Source: Syntrophorhabdaceae bacterium (lineage in GTDB: Bacteria; Desulfobacterota; Syntrophorhabdia; Syntrophorhabdales; Syntrophorhabdaceae). From it: a DNA stretch of 64,000 bases. The DNA is taken from NCBI GenBank assembly GCA_963665295.1, contig OY762209.1, positions 2,112,001 through 2,176,000 on the forward strand. Direction: 5' to 3'. The notes below the pieces were generated by a model. The model was given only the letters and a program-made list of their open reading frames with translations, made no database searches and was not told the origin of the DNA. The translations under genes and the position numbers were made by a program. This document shows positions 17,265 to 26,429 of this stretch, one piece after another (position 1 is the stretch's first letter; each line of letters opens with the position of its first letter).

Positions 17265-19372
17265 ATAAACGAGGCAGGCAGGCCCATGGGTCTCCCGGCA
17301 TGAACGTCGAACTCGAAAAGGCGCTTCGATATCATAGATCGGGCCGGTTCGAGATGGCGGAGCCTATCTACCGCAATATACTCGTCGCGGACCCGGACCA
17401 TCCGGATGCGCTCCACCTCCTCGGCGTCCTTGCCCACCAGACGGGAAGGCACGATATTGCCATAGAACTGATAGGGAAGGCTATCCGCAATGATCCCCAT
17501 GCGCCTCAGTATTATGACAATATGGGAAATGCCTGTGCGTCTCTCGGCAGGCTGGAGGAGGCCGTCTCCTGTTACCAATCGGCCCTGAGACTCAGGCCGG
17601 ACTCCGCGGGCGCCCTGAGCAATCTCGCAAACGTGCTGAAATCCCTCGGCAGGCTGGAGGAAGCCGTCTCTTGCTACGAAAGGGCCATGGCTTTGGAACC
17701 GGGTCTGGCGGAACCCTGCAACAATCTGGGTAACCTGCTCAAGGCGCTGGGCAGGATCGGCGAGGCTATCGACCTTTTCAGAAAGGCCGTGAAGTTGAAA
17801 CCGGGTTACGCCGAGGCCCACAACAACCTCGGGGTGGCGCTTCACGACCAGGGAAAGGCGGACGAGGCATCCGTCTCATTCCGGAAGGCCCTTGATCTGA
17901 AACCGGATCTGGCCGAGGTCCACAACAACCTGGGCAACCTCCTCAAAGACCAGGGGAACGTCATGGAGGCTATCTCTTCCATCAGAAGGGCCCTGGAATT
18001 ACAACCGGGTTATGCGGAGGCCTGCAATAACATGGGCCTTGCCCTCGTCGACCTTGGAGAGATCGAAGGGGCTGTGTCCCTCTATGCGCGGGCTCGCGAA
18101 CTGAAACCCGACAACCCGGGATACCATTCGAACTATCTTCTGGGTCTCCATTACAGCGAGAAATACGACAGGAAGGTCTTATCCGGGGAGGCAATGGAAT
18201 GGGGCAGGAAACACGGCTCCCGGTCCGGTTCCCCCAGGCCTTTCACCAATACGGCGGACCCCGGCCGCAGGATCAGGGTGGGTTACGTGTCCGGTGATTT
18301 CCGCAGGCACCCCGTAGGCTATTTTATCGGTCCCATACTCGCGTGTCATGACCGGGACATGTTCGAGGTCTACTGCTACGCCAACCAGCATGAGTCCGAT
18401 GACCTTACACGGCGATTTCAGTCGCTGCCCGTTCACTGGCGGGGGATCGCGGATCTTCCCGATGAATCGGCGGGGGCCCTGATCGTGGAAGACGGCATCG
18501 ACATCCTCGTGGACCTTTCAGGGCATACGGCGAGAAACCGGCTCCTCCTGTTTGCAGAAAAACCGGCTCCGGTCCAGGCGACCTGGATCGGGTATTCCGA
18601 CACCACGGGCCTCGGCGCAATCGATTTCATCATTGCAGACAGACACGTGATACCGGAGGAAGACAGGACACTCTACACGGAAAGACCGGTGAGACTCCCC
18701 CACTCCTACCTCTGCTATTCGCCTCCCGCATACGCCCCGGAAGAAAACGGACTTCCCGCCCAACGCAACGGGCATATTACCTTCGGCTCTTTCAATAACA
18801 TTGCCAAGGTGAGCCTTACCGCCATAGAGACATGGTCGAAGGTCCTCCGGGAGGTCCCCGACTCGAGGCTCTGCGTCAAGGCCTCCGTCCTGGACGTGCA
18901 GGCCCTCAAAGGCAAGTACCTGGAGTTTTTCGCCATGAACGGGATCGGGGAAGACAGGATAGACGTGGCGGGGAGATCGCCGAACCACCGGGAACTGCTT
19001 GTCGGTTACGGGAATATCGATATCGCCCTCGACACGTTCCCTTACGCAGGGACCACCACAACGGCCGAGGCCCTTTGGATGGGCGTGCCCGTGGTCACCC
19101 TCGCCGCAGGCGCCTTTGTGGGCAGGGTGGGGGGCAGCCTGCTCTCCACGGTGGGGCTGAGTGAGTTCGTGGCCCGCACCTCCGATGAGTACATCGCAAT
19201 AGCCGCGGCGCTGGCCGGAGACCGGGAAAGACTCGTCGGCCTTCGTTCAACCCTTCGCCGTAAAATGAAGGAATCCCCCCTGTGCGACGGGAAAACGTTT
19301 ACCCGGGACCTGGAAGGCCTCTACCGCGGCATGTGGCGGCAGTGGTCCGGGAGAAAGGAGGATTCCCTTTGA
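17261..19372 (+). CDS. TPR + GT41 (SPINDLY-like) glycosyltransferase, paralogue 2
   Basis: TPR array, then GYVSGDFRRHPVGYF, DILVDLSGHT, TFGSFNNIAKV, LDTFPYAGTTTT; alternative start ATG 17300. Confidence 0.92.
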   Translation: MNKRGRQAHGSPGMNVELEKALRYHRSGRFEMAEPIYRNILVADPDHPDALHLLGVLAHQTGRHDIAIELIGKAIRNDPHAPQYYDNMGNACASLGRLEEAVSCYQSALRLRPDSAGALSNLANVLKSLGRLEEAVSCYERAMALEPGLAEPCNNLGNLLKALGRIGEAIDLFRKAVKLKPGYAEAHNNLGVALHDQGKADEASVSFRKALDLKPDLAEVHNNLGNLLKDQGNVMEAISSIRRALELQPGYAEACNNMGLALVDLGEIEGAVSLYARARELKPDNPGYHSNYLLGLHYSEKYDRKVLSGEAMEWGRKHGSRSGSPRPFTNTADPGRRIRVGYVSGDFRRHPVGYFIGPILACHDRDMFEVYCYANQHESDDLTRRFQSLPVHWRGIADLPDESAGALIVEDGIDILVDLSGHTARNRLLLFAEKPAPVQATWIGYSDTTGLGAIDFIIADRHVIPEEDRTLYTERPVRLPHSYLCYSPPAYAPEENGLPAQRNGHITFGSFNNIAKVSLTAIETWSKVLREVPDSRLCVKASVLDVQALKGKYLEFFAMNGIGEDRIDVAGRSPNHRELLVGYGNIDIALDTFPYAGTTTTAEALWMGVPVVTLAAGAFVGRVGGSLLSTVGLSEFVARTSDEYIAIAAALAGDRERLVGLRSTLRRKMKESPLCDGKTFTRDLEGLYRGMWRQWSGRKEDSL

Positions 19373-22261
19373 GCAGGACCGACAGAACCCACGCGGACGA
19401 ACTCGGCAGGGCCCTTCAATACCATCAGGCGGGTCAGTTCCTGATGGCGGAGCCCATTTACCGGAAGATACTCGCCGCCAATCCCGATCACGCGGACGCC
19501 CTTCACCTCCTCGGCGTCCTTGCCCACCAGGTGGGACGGCACGACATTGCAATCGAGTTGATAGGGCGGGCCATCCGCAATAACCCGCGGGCGGCCCATT
19601 ATCATGACAACATGGGAAATGCCTACACTGCCCTCGGCAGACTGGAAGAGGCGGTCTCTTCTTACAGGCGGGCCCTCGAGATCAAGCCTGATTATGCGGG
19701 AGCGTGCAATAACCTCGCGAATGCGCTGAAAGCCCTGGGCAGACCGGATGAGGCATTTTTCTACTATGAAAGGGCCGTCACGCTGAAACCGGACATGGCC
19801 GAAGCGTACTGCAACCTGGGCAACCTGTCAAAGGACCGGGGAGAGACGGACGAGGCGATCCGTTTTCTTGACAGGGCCATTGCCCTCAATCCCGGTTATG
19901 CCGAGGCATACTACAGCCTGGGACTCGTGCTCTACGATCAGGGGAAGGCGGACGAGGCCCTTGCCCGATACCGGCAGGCCGTTAACCTGAAGCCTGACTA
20001 TGCCGAGGCATACAATAACCTCGGGATCGCCCTTTTTGACCGGGGAGAGACGGAAGAAGCAATCTCCTGTTACAGGAAAGCCCTTGCCGTAAAACCGGAT
20101 ATGGCCGATGTCTGCAATAACCTGGGAAACGCGCTGAAGTCCCTCGGTAGGATGGATGAGGCCATGTCGTCATTTCAGTTGGCTCGCGAACTGAAACCCG
20201 ACAACCCGGGATACCATTCGAACTATCTTCTGGGTCTCCATTACAGCGAGAAATACGACAGGAAGGTCTTATCCGGGGAGGCAATGGAATGGGGCAGGAA
20301 ACACGGCTCCCGGTCCGGTTCCCCCAGGCCTTTCACCAATACGGCGGACCCCGGCCGCAGGATCAGGGTGGGTTACGTGTCCGGTGATTTCCGCAGGCAC
20401 CCCGTAGGCTATTTTATCGGTCCCATACTCGCGTGTCATGACCGGGACATGTTCGAGGTCTACTGCTACGCCAACCAGCATGAGTCCGATGACCTTACAC
20501 GGCGATTTCAGTCGCTGCCCGTTCACTGGCGGGGGATCGCGGATCTTCCCGATGAATCGGCGGGGGCCCTGATCGTGGAAGACGGCATCGACATCCTCGT
20601 GGACCTTTCAGGGCATACGGCGAGAAACCGGCTCCTCCTGTTTGCAGAAAAACCGGCTCCGGTCCAGGCGACCTGGATCGGGTATTCCGACACCACGGGC
20701 CTCGGCGCAATCGATTTCATCATTGCAGACAGACACGTGATACCGGAGGAAGACAGGACACTCTACACGGAAAGACCGGTGAGACTCCCCCACTCCTACC
20801 TCTGCTATTCGCCTCCCGCATACGCCCCGGAAGAAAACGGACTTCCCGCCCAACGCAACGGGCATATTACCTTCGGCTCTTTCAATAACATTGCCAAGGT
20901 GAGCCTTACCGCCATAGAGACATGGTCGAAGGTCCTCCGGGAGGTCCCCGACTCGAGGCTCTGCGTCAAGGCCTCCGTCCTGGACGTGCAGGCCCTCAAA
21001 GGCAAGTACCTGGAGTTTTTCGCCATGAACGGGATCGGGGAAGACAGGATAGACGTGGCGGGGAGATCGCCGAACCACCGGGAACTGCTTGTCGGTTACG
21101 GGAATATCGATATCGCCCTCGACACGTTCCCTTACGCAGGGACCACCACAACGGCCGAGGCCCTTTGGATGGGCGTGCCCGTGGTCACCCTCGCCGCAGG
21201 CGCCTTTGTGGGCAGGGTGGGGGGCAGCCTGCTCTCCACGGTGGGGCTGAGTGAGTTCGTGGCCCGCACCTCCGATGAGTACATCGCAATAGCCGCGGCG
21301 CTGGCCGGAGACCGGGAAAGACTCGTCGGCCTTCGTTCAACCCTTCGCCGTAAAATGAAGGAATCCCCCCTGTGCGACGGGAAAACGTTTACCCGGGACC
21401 TGGAAGGCCTCTACCGCGGCATGTGGCGGCAGTGGTGCGGGAGAAAGGAGGATTCCCTTTGAGCAGGACCGACAGAACCCACGCGGACGAACTCGGCAGG
21501 GCCCTTCAATACCATCAGGCGGGTCAGTTCCTGATGGCGGAGCCCATTTACCGGAAGATACTCGCCGCCAATCCCGATCACGCGGACGCCCTTCACCTCC
21601 TCGGCGTCCTTGCCCACCAGGTGGGACGGCACGACATTGCAATCGAGTTGATAGGGCGGGCCATCCGCAATAACCCGCGGGCGGCCCATTATCATGACAA
21701 CATGGGAAATGCCTACACTGCCCTCGGCAGACTGGAAGAGGCGGTCTCTTCTTACAGGCGGGCCCTCGAGATCAAGCCTGATTATGCGGGAGCGTGCAAT
21801 AACCTCGCGAATGCGCTGAAAGCCCTGGGCAGACCGGATGAGGCATTTTTCTACTATGAAAGGGCCGTCACGCTGAAACCGGACATGGCCGAAGCGTACT
21901 GCAACCTGGGCAACCTGTCAAAGGACCGGGGAGAGACGGACGAGGCGATCCGTTTTCTTGACAGGGCCATTGCCCTCAATCCCGGTTATGCCGAGGCATA
22001 CTACAGCCTGGGACTCGTGCTCTACGATCAGGGGAAGGCGGACGAGGCCCTTGCCCGATACCGGCAGGCCGTTAACCTGAAGCCTGACTATGCCGAGGCA
22101 TACAATAACCTCGGGATCGCCCTTTTTGACCGGGGAGAGACGGAAGAAGCGATCTCCTGTTACAGGAAAGCCCTTGCCGTAAAACCGGATATGGCCGATG
22201 TCTGCAATAACCTGGGAAACGCGCTGAAGTCCCTCGGCAGGATGGATGAGGCCATGTCGTC
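18091..22261 (+). repeat. near-identical tandem duplication, period 2,090 bp (18091-20171 and 20181-22261)
   Basis: Identical ORF-track peptides offset by 2,090; three substitutions spotted by eye (19347/21437, 20061/22151, 20148/22238). Confidence 0.95.
19369..21462 (+). CDS. TPR + GT41 glycosyltransferase, paralogue 3 (chimera of paralogues 4 and 2)
   Basis: AAGGAGG then TTG overlapping the upstream TGA; N-terminal part matches paralogue 4, catalytic part matches paralogue 2. Confidence 0.88.
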   Translation: MSRTDRTHADELGRALQYHQAGQFLMAEPIYRKILAANPDHADALHLLGVLAHQVGRHDIAIELIGRAIRNNPRAAHYHDNMGNAYTALGRLEEAVSSYRRALEIKPDYAGACNNLANALKALGRPDEAFFYYERAVTLKPDMAEAYCNLGNLSKDRGETDEAIRFLDRAIALNPGYAEAYYSLGLVLYDQGKADEALARYRQAVNLKPDYAEAYNNLGIALFDRGETEEAISCYRKALAVKPDMADVCNNLGNALKSLGRMDEAMSSFQLARELKPDNPGYHSNYLLGLHYSEKYDRKVLSGEAMEWGRKHGSRSGSPRPFTNTADPGRRIRVGYVSGDFRRHPVGYFIGPILACHDRDMFEVYCYANQHESDDLTRRFQSLPVHWRGIADLPDESAGALIVEDGIDILVDLSGHTARNRLLLFAEKPAPVQATWIGYSDTTGLGAIDFIIADRHVIPEEDRTLYTERPVRLPHSYLCYSPPAYAPEENGLPAQRNGHITFGSFNNIAKVSLTAIETWSKVLREVPDSRLCVKASVLDVQALKGKYLEFFAMNGIGEDRIDVAGRSPNHRELLVGYGNIDIALDTFPYAGTTTTAEALWMGVPVVTLAAGAFVGRVGGSLLSTVGLSEFVARTSDEYIAIAAALAGDRERLVGLRSTLRRKMKESPLCDGKTFTRDLEGLYRGMWRQWCGRKEDSL

Positions 22262-23846
22262 GTTTCTGAGGACCCTTGAGATTGAACCCGGTTATGCCGA
22301 GGCATACTACAGCCTGGGACTCGTGCTCTACGATCAGGGGAAGGCGGACGAGGCCCTTGCCCGATACCGGCAGGCCGTTAACCTGAAGCCTGACTATGCC
22401 GAGGCGTACAACGGTCTGGGGGTTACCCTTCATGCGAGGAAGGAGACGGACGAGGCCATCGGCCTGTATAGACAGGCCATTGCGCTGAAACAGGACCAAC
22501 CGGAGGCGCACAACAACCTGGGGGTTGCCCTTCACGACCAGGGAAAGACGGACGAGGCTATTCTCCATTACAAAAAAGCCCTTGAACTCAAACCGGATTA
22601 CGGTGATGCCCACTCGAACTACCTCATGGCATTGCATTATGACGGGAAGACCGACAGGGAGGGCCTGTTCAGGGAGGCCATGGAATGGAGCCGGAGACAT
22701 TGCCGGCCCCCTGCGTCTCCGGGTATTTTCGCCAATAAGGCCGATCCGGAGCGCACGCTGAGAATAGGGTATGTATCAGGAGATTTCCGCCGTCATCCAG
22801 TGGGTTTCTTCATGGAAGCCGTCCTTGCTCATCATGAGCGCCATGGGTTTGAAGTCACCTGCTACAGCAACCGCCATGGGGGTGACGACCTGACGCGAAG
22901 GCTCCGGTCATTGCCTGTCCAATGGAGGTCCATTGCAGGTGTTCCGGATGGCCCGGCGGAAAAGGCGATCCGTGACGACGGCATCGACATACTCATCGAC
23001 CTTTCCGGACATAGCGCGGGGCACCGGCTTGTCCTGTTTTCACGGAGACCGGCGCCGGTTCAGGCCACGTGGATCGGTTATTTCGACACCACGGCAGTGC
23101 CCGCAATGGACTATATCATTTCCGACAGGTATGTGATACCGGAAGGGGAGGAAAGGTTCTACACGGAAAAACCGGCGCGCCTTCCGAACGGCTATCTCTG
23201 CTACACGCCCCACGCCTATGCTCCCGAAGTGAAGGAGCTTCCCTTTCTCACCCGAGGTCATATTACCTTCGGCTGTTTCAACAATGTGAGCAAGGTCAAT
23301 CCCGCAGTAATAGAGACGTGGTCGAGGATCCTGACTGCGGTGCCTGGGTCGAGGCTCTGTTTTAGATCTCCTGCGCTGAGTTCACCTTCCGTGAGGGAGG
23401 CGTTCATGGATATGTTTCACCGGAACGGGATCGAAGGGCATCGGATCGAGTTGTCGGGCCCGATGGTGCACAAGGAATACCTTGCGTACTACGGGAATAT
23501 CGATATCATCCTCGACACATTCCCCTTCGCGGGCAACACGACCACGGCCGACGCCCTGTGGATGGGGGTGCCCGTACCTACCCTCGTTCATGAGAGTTTC
23601 CCCGGACGGTTCGGCCTCAGCATGCTTTCCACAGTAGGGCTTCACGATCTGATCGCGTACAGCCCCGACGAATACGTGGCGGTGGTGGCGGGGCTCGCAG
23701 GGGACGTTGAGCGCCTTTCCGCCCTTCGTTCCGGCCTGCGTGGAAAAATGGAGCAGTCGCCCCTGTGCGACGGGGAAAGGTTCACCCGTGACCTCGAAAA
23801 GCTCTATCGTGACATGTGGACGAAGTGGTGCGGGGAAGAGGCTTAG
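21459..23846 (+). CDS. TPR + GT41 glycosyltransferase, paralogue 4
   Basis: Longest TPR array; GYVSGDFRRHPVGFF, FGCFNNVSKV, LDTFPFAGNTTT. Confidence 0.92.
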   Translation: MSRTDRTHADELGRALQYHQAGQFLMAEPIYRKILAANPDHADALHLLGVLAHQVGRHDIAIELIGRAIRNNPRAAHYHDNMGNAYTALGRLEEAVSSYRRALEIKPDYAGACNNLANALKALGRPDEAFFYYERAVTLKPDMAEAYCNLGNLSKDRGETDEAIRFLDRAIALNPGYAEAYYSLGLVLYDQGKADEALARYRQAVNLKPDYAEAYNNLGIALFDRGETEEAISCYRKALAVKPDMADVCNNLGNALKSLGRMDEAMSSFLRTLEIEPGYAEAYYSLGLVLYDQGKADEALARYRQAVNLKPDYAEAYNGLGVTLHARKETDEAIGLYRQAIALKQDQPEAHNNLGVALHDQGKTDEAILHYKKALELKPDYGDAHSNYLMALHYDGKTDREGLFREAMEWSRRHCRPPASPGIFANKADPERTLRIGYVSGDFRRHPVGFFMEAVLAHHERHGFEVTCYSNRHGGDDLTRRLRSLPVQWRSIAGVPDGPAEKAIRDDGIDILIDLSGHSAGHRLVLFSRRPAPVQATWIGYFDTTAVPAMDYIISDRYVIPEGEERFYTEKPARLPNGYLCYTPHAYAPEVKELPFLTRGHITFGCFNNVSKVNPAVIETWSRILTAVPGSRLCFRSPALSSPSVREAFMDMFHRNGIEGHRIELSGPMVHKEYLAYYGNIDIILDTFPFAGNTTTADALWMGVPVPTLVHESFPGRFGLSMLSTVGLHDLIAYSPDEYVAVVAGLAGDVERLSALRSGLRGKMEQSPLCDGERFTRDLEKLYRDMWTKWCGEEA
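21981..22405 (+). repeat. 119-bp exact direct repeat inside the TPR array (21981-22099 and 22287-22405)
   Basis: CCCGGTTATGCCGAGGCATACTAC...TATGCCGAGGC at offset 306 nt, equal to three TPR units. Confidence 0.9.
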
Positions 23847-25975
23847 GAAAGCCTTCCTCTTACCGCATCCTCCAGAAAGGACTCGAACCCCTTCACGCAC
23901 TCCATATCGTAATAGAGGCGTTGTTTGTTCGCCCTGAACGCCGCCCTGACCCGGTCTCTCATACTTTTGTCTTTTCCCAGTTTTACCGCACAATCGACGT
24001 AATCGTCGAGGTTCTCCGCGATAGTCTCATCTACGCCCATCATGGTCAGTATGGCGTAGGTGTGCCGTCCCCGCATGAGGTTGCCCGGCAGGCTCACCAC
24101 GGGAAGATCGCATTCTATCGCCTCAAGGGTTGAATTGCACCCGGACCATCCTATACTGTCCAGAAACACGTCGGACAGGGCATTCATGGCATGATAACGC
24201 GCCTTGTCCAGGCGGGGGAGGATGACGAGCCGGTCCGCGTTCGCAAGGGAGTGCTTTTCGAAGGCCTTCCCAAGGCGTCTGACAAAACGGTCGGTGAGGG
24301 CTTGCGCCTTGGTGTCCCCGATAAAGGCAAACTGGGAATTCCCAACCTCCGCCGCGATCCTCGGGAATATGTCATCGTATTGGGGGAGGTATTTGAAGAG
24401 AGACTGGGCGCAGAAATAGACCACGGAATCCGGGTTGAGACCGAAATCTTCACGGCGGAAGGAAGACCCGTCCCCGTGGATCGGGGTGTAGTGTATGGAG
24501 AGATTGGGGAGGCGGACGAGGGTCTCCGTGTAGTGGTTATCCCCGTCTTCAGGCTCCATGAGGTCGCTGCTCAGATAGTAGTCTATGGTGGGAAGCCCCG
24601 ATGTGTTGGGATGGCCCCACGATGTGCATTGGATAGGGGCGAGCCTTATTGCCGCGAGTTGGACCGTCATGGGGTCCATGCCTATTTCGGGGTAGATCAA
24701 TATGTCGAGGTCATCGCCCCGTATGGCCTCGCTCATTGCCGCGAAGGAGTGGACGCCCTCAACGAAACGGTCGAAGGAAGCCTTCGCCGCAGCCGTTTCA
24801 TCATCCCTTGCCTTGCCCGTATAATACCCGAAGAGCGCGAACCTGCTCTTGTCGATGTTTTCCACCCATCCCTTGATCGGCATCTTCCAGTTGGAATGGT
24901 AATAGAAGAACCCGGAAACAATGCCTACCCGTATCCTGCCGTCGACCCGGGGGCGGCCATTCCTGCCGGTGCCCGCAAGGTCCGGATATCTCGCCTGTTG
25001 AATGCGGCATACGAGATTTCCATATGCGGACTGCAGGACCTTGTCCACCCGGCCCTGGTAGGGGAGGTAGAAAGGCTGCGTGGCGCCCACCTGCCGGGAG
25101 GCCACGTCGATTTTCCGGGATGTGTCCAGTTCTATGGCCCCGTCCAGTTCGTGAAGGCTGTCGCGATAGTTGTTCCGGCATATCCGGATCTGGTCCTCCG
25201 AATCGTAGAGGATGGGGACCTGGGCCATACATTTACCCCACATGGCTTCGATGGAACCGGGAGATATGGCGAGGGCCTGGTCGTAATAGGTGATCGCGTG
25301 CTCGATCAACCCCACGGTCTTGAAGGTGAGGGCGAGATTGAGGTACGCCTCCGGGTAGCCGGGACTGAGTTCGATGGCCCGGGCGGCGTATTCGACGGCC
25401 TTTTCATATTCCTTCATATCCTTGTAGAGAACGGAAAGGTTATTGTATATTTCCGGGGACCCGGGAAGAAGGACCAGGGCTTTTTCATAACACTCCATGG
25501 CTTCATCGGCCTTGCCCTCTTCCTGACAGATGGCGCCCAGGTTGTAGAGCGTTTCCGGTGAACCAGGCGCGAGGGAGAGGGCCTTCCTGTATGCCTCCAC
25601 TGCCTCTTCGAATCTCCCCAGTTCCTTATAGGCGTTGCCGAGGTTGTTGTGCGCTTCCGGATAGGGGGCGTGTATTCTCAGGGCCTCCCTGTACTGGGTG
25701 ACGGCGCTCTCGTAATCCCTCAACCCCGCATAGGCGAGGCCAAGATTGCAGAAGAAGGCGGGGTTTGACCGGTCGATGGCTACCGCCCTGGTGATGAGGT
25801 CCACCGCTTCAGGGAAGCGGCCCGACTGGTAGGCGGCGATACCCAGGAAATGGTAAGCGTCAGGGTTTCGCGGTTCCTTCTCGAGTACTCGCCGGTAGAT
25901 TACCTCGGCTTCGTTCAGTTCTCCCCTCATCAGGTGCTGAAGGGCGGTATCGAGATCGCGGGCGGATTTTGCCAT
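23843..25975 (-). CDS. TPR + divergent GT41-family glycosyltransferase, paralogue 5
   Basis: TPRs, then GIVSGFFYYHS, YPEIGMD, RLAPIQCTSWGHP, QSLFKY, FLDSIGWSGCNS; stop codon overlaps that of paralogue 4. Confidence 0.88.
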   Translation of the reverse strand: MAKSARDLDTALQHLMRGELNEAEVIYRRVLEKEPRNPDAYHFLGIAAYQSGRFPEAVDLITRAVAIDRSNPAFFCNLGLAYAGLRDYESAVTQYREALRIHAPYPEAHNNLGNAYKELGRFEEAVEAYRKALSLAPGSPETLYNLGAICQEEGKADEAMECYEKALVLLPGSPEIYNNLSVLYKDMKEYEKAVEYAARAIELSPGYPEAYLNLALTFKTVGLIEHAITYYDQALAISPGSIEAMWGKCMAQVPILYDSEDQIRICRNNYRDSLHELDGAIELDTSRKIDVASRQVGATQPFYLPYQGRVDKVLQSAYGNLVCRIQQARYPDLAGTGRNGRPRVDGRIRVGIVSGFFYYHSNWKMPIKGWVENIDKSRFALFGYYTGKARDDETAAAKASFDRFVEGVHSFAAMSEAIRGDDLDILIYPEIGMDPMTVQLAAIRLAPIQCTSWGHPNTSGLPTIDYYLSSDLMEPEDGDNHYTETLVRLPNLSIHYTPIHGDGSSFRREDFGLNPDSVVYFCAQSLFKYLPQYDDIFPRIAAEVGNSQFAFIGDTKAQALTDRFVRRLGKAFEKHSLANADRLVILPRLDKARYHAMNALSDVFLDSIGWSGCNSTLEAIECDLPVVSLPGNLMRGRHTYAILTMMGVDETIAENLDDYVDCAVKLGKDKSMRDRVRAAFRANKQRLYYDMECVKGFESFLEDAVRGRLS

Positions 25976-26033
25976 ATTGTTTTCTTTGCCTCCGGTTTTA
26001 TTGGTACTGCAATATGAGAGATAGTATCCTCCA

Positions 26034-26049
26034 TGCACAGATCATACCA
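26034..26049 (-). promoter_or_regulatory. possible sigma54 promoter of paralogue 5
   Basis: Minus strand TGGTATGATCTGTGCA with 12-nt GG-GC spacing. Confidence 0.5.
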
Positions 26050-26321
26050 TCCTTGTCCCCACGCCGGGCCTTTCACAGGCGCCCGCCCGCTTTCCTTTCT
26101 GCCGGTTCGGTGCGATGGGGTGGACGGTCTCCTCGCATTCGTTGAGGCCATGACACGCCAGCCAATATAATGACGCTTCGTTTTGCAAGGCGTGGCAAGA
26201 CAAAGAGGCTTTGGCGCCGGACGAAGACGCGGCTTTACGTTCGGCTGTATGCAGCAGTCCGACGCGTCCACCCTTGATGGGGAATCTTCGACGCCGTGGT
26301 TAGACCCTGCCGGGTGAACGA

Positions 26322-26337
26322 TGGCACGTTGATTGCA
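26322..26337 (+). promoter_or_regulatory. sigma54 promoter of the giant glycosyltransferase gene
   Basis: TGGCACGTTGATTGCA, a full consensus match. Confidence 0.8.
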
Positions 26338-26429
26338 TCGATGAATCAGAGTAATACCGTGTGGAGTCCATGCCGGGTCAGGCCATGGGGAAACAGGGGT
26401 ACAGAATAAAACAGGAAGAGGGACAATAA

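Noticed and set aside
19282..19368. Extended N-termini in the ORF track (19282, 21372, 49356, 53442, 58667)
   Set aside because: They overlap upstream genes or promoters; better SD plus start codon lies downstream
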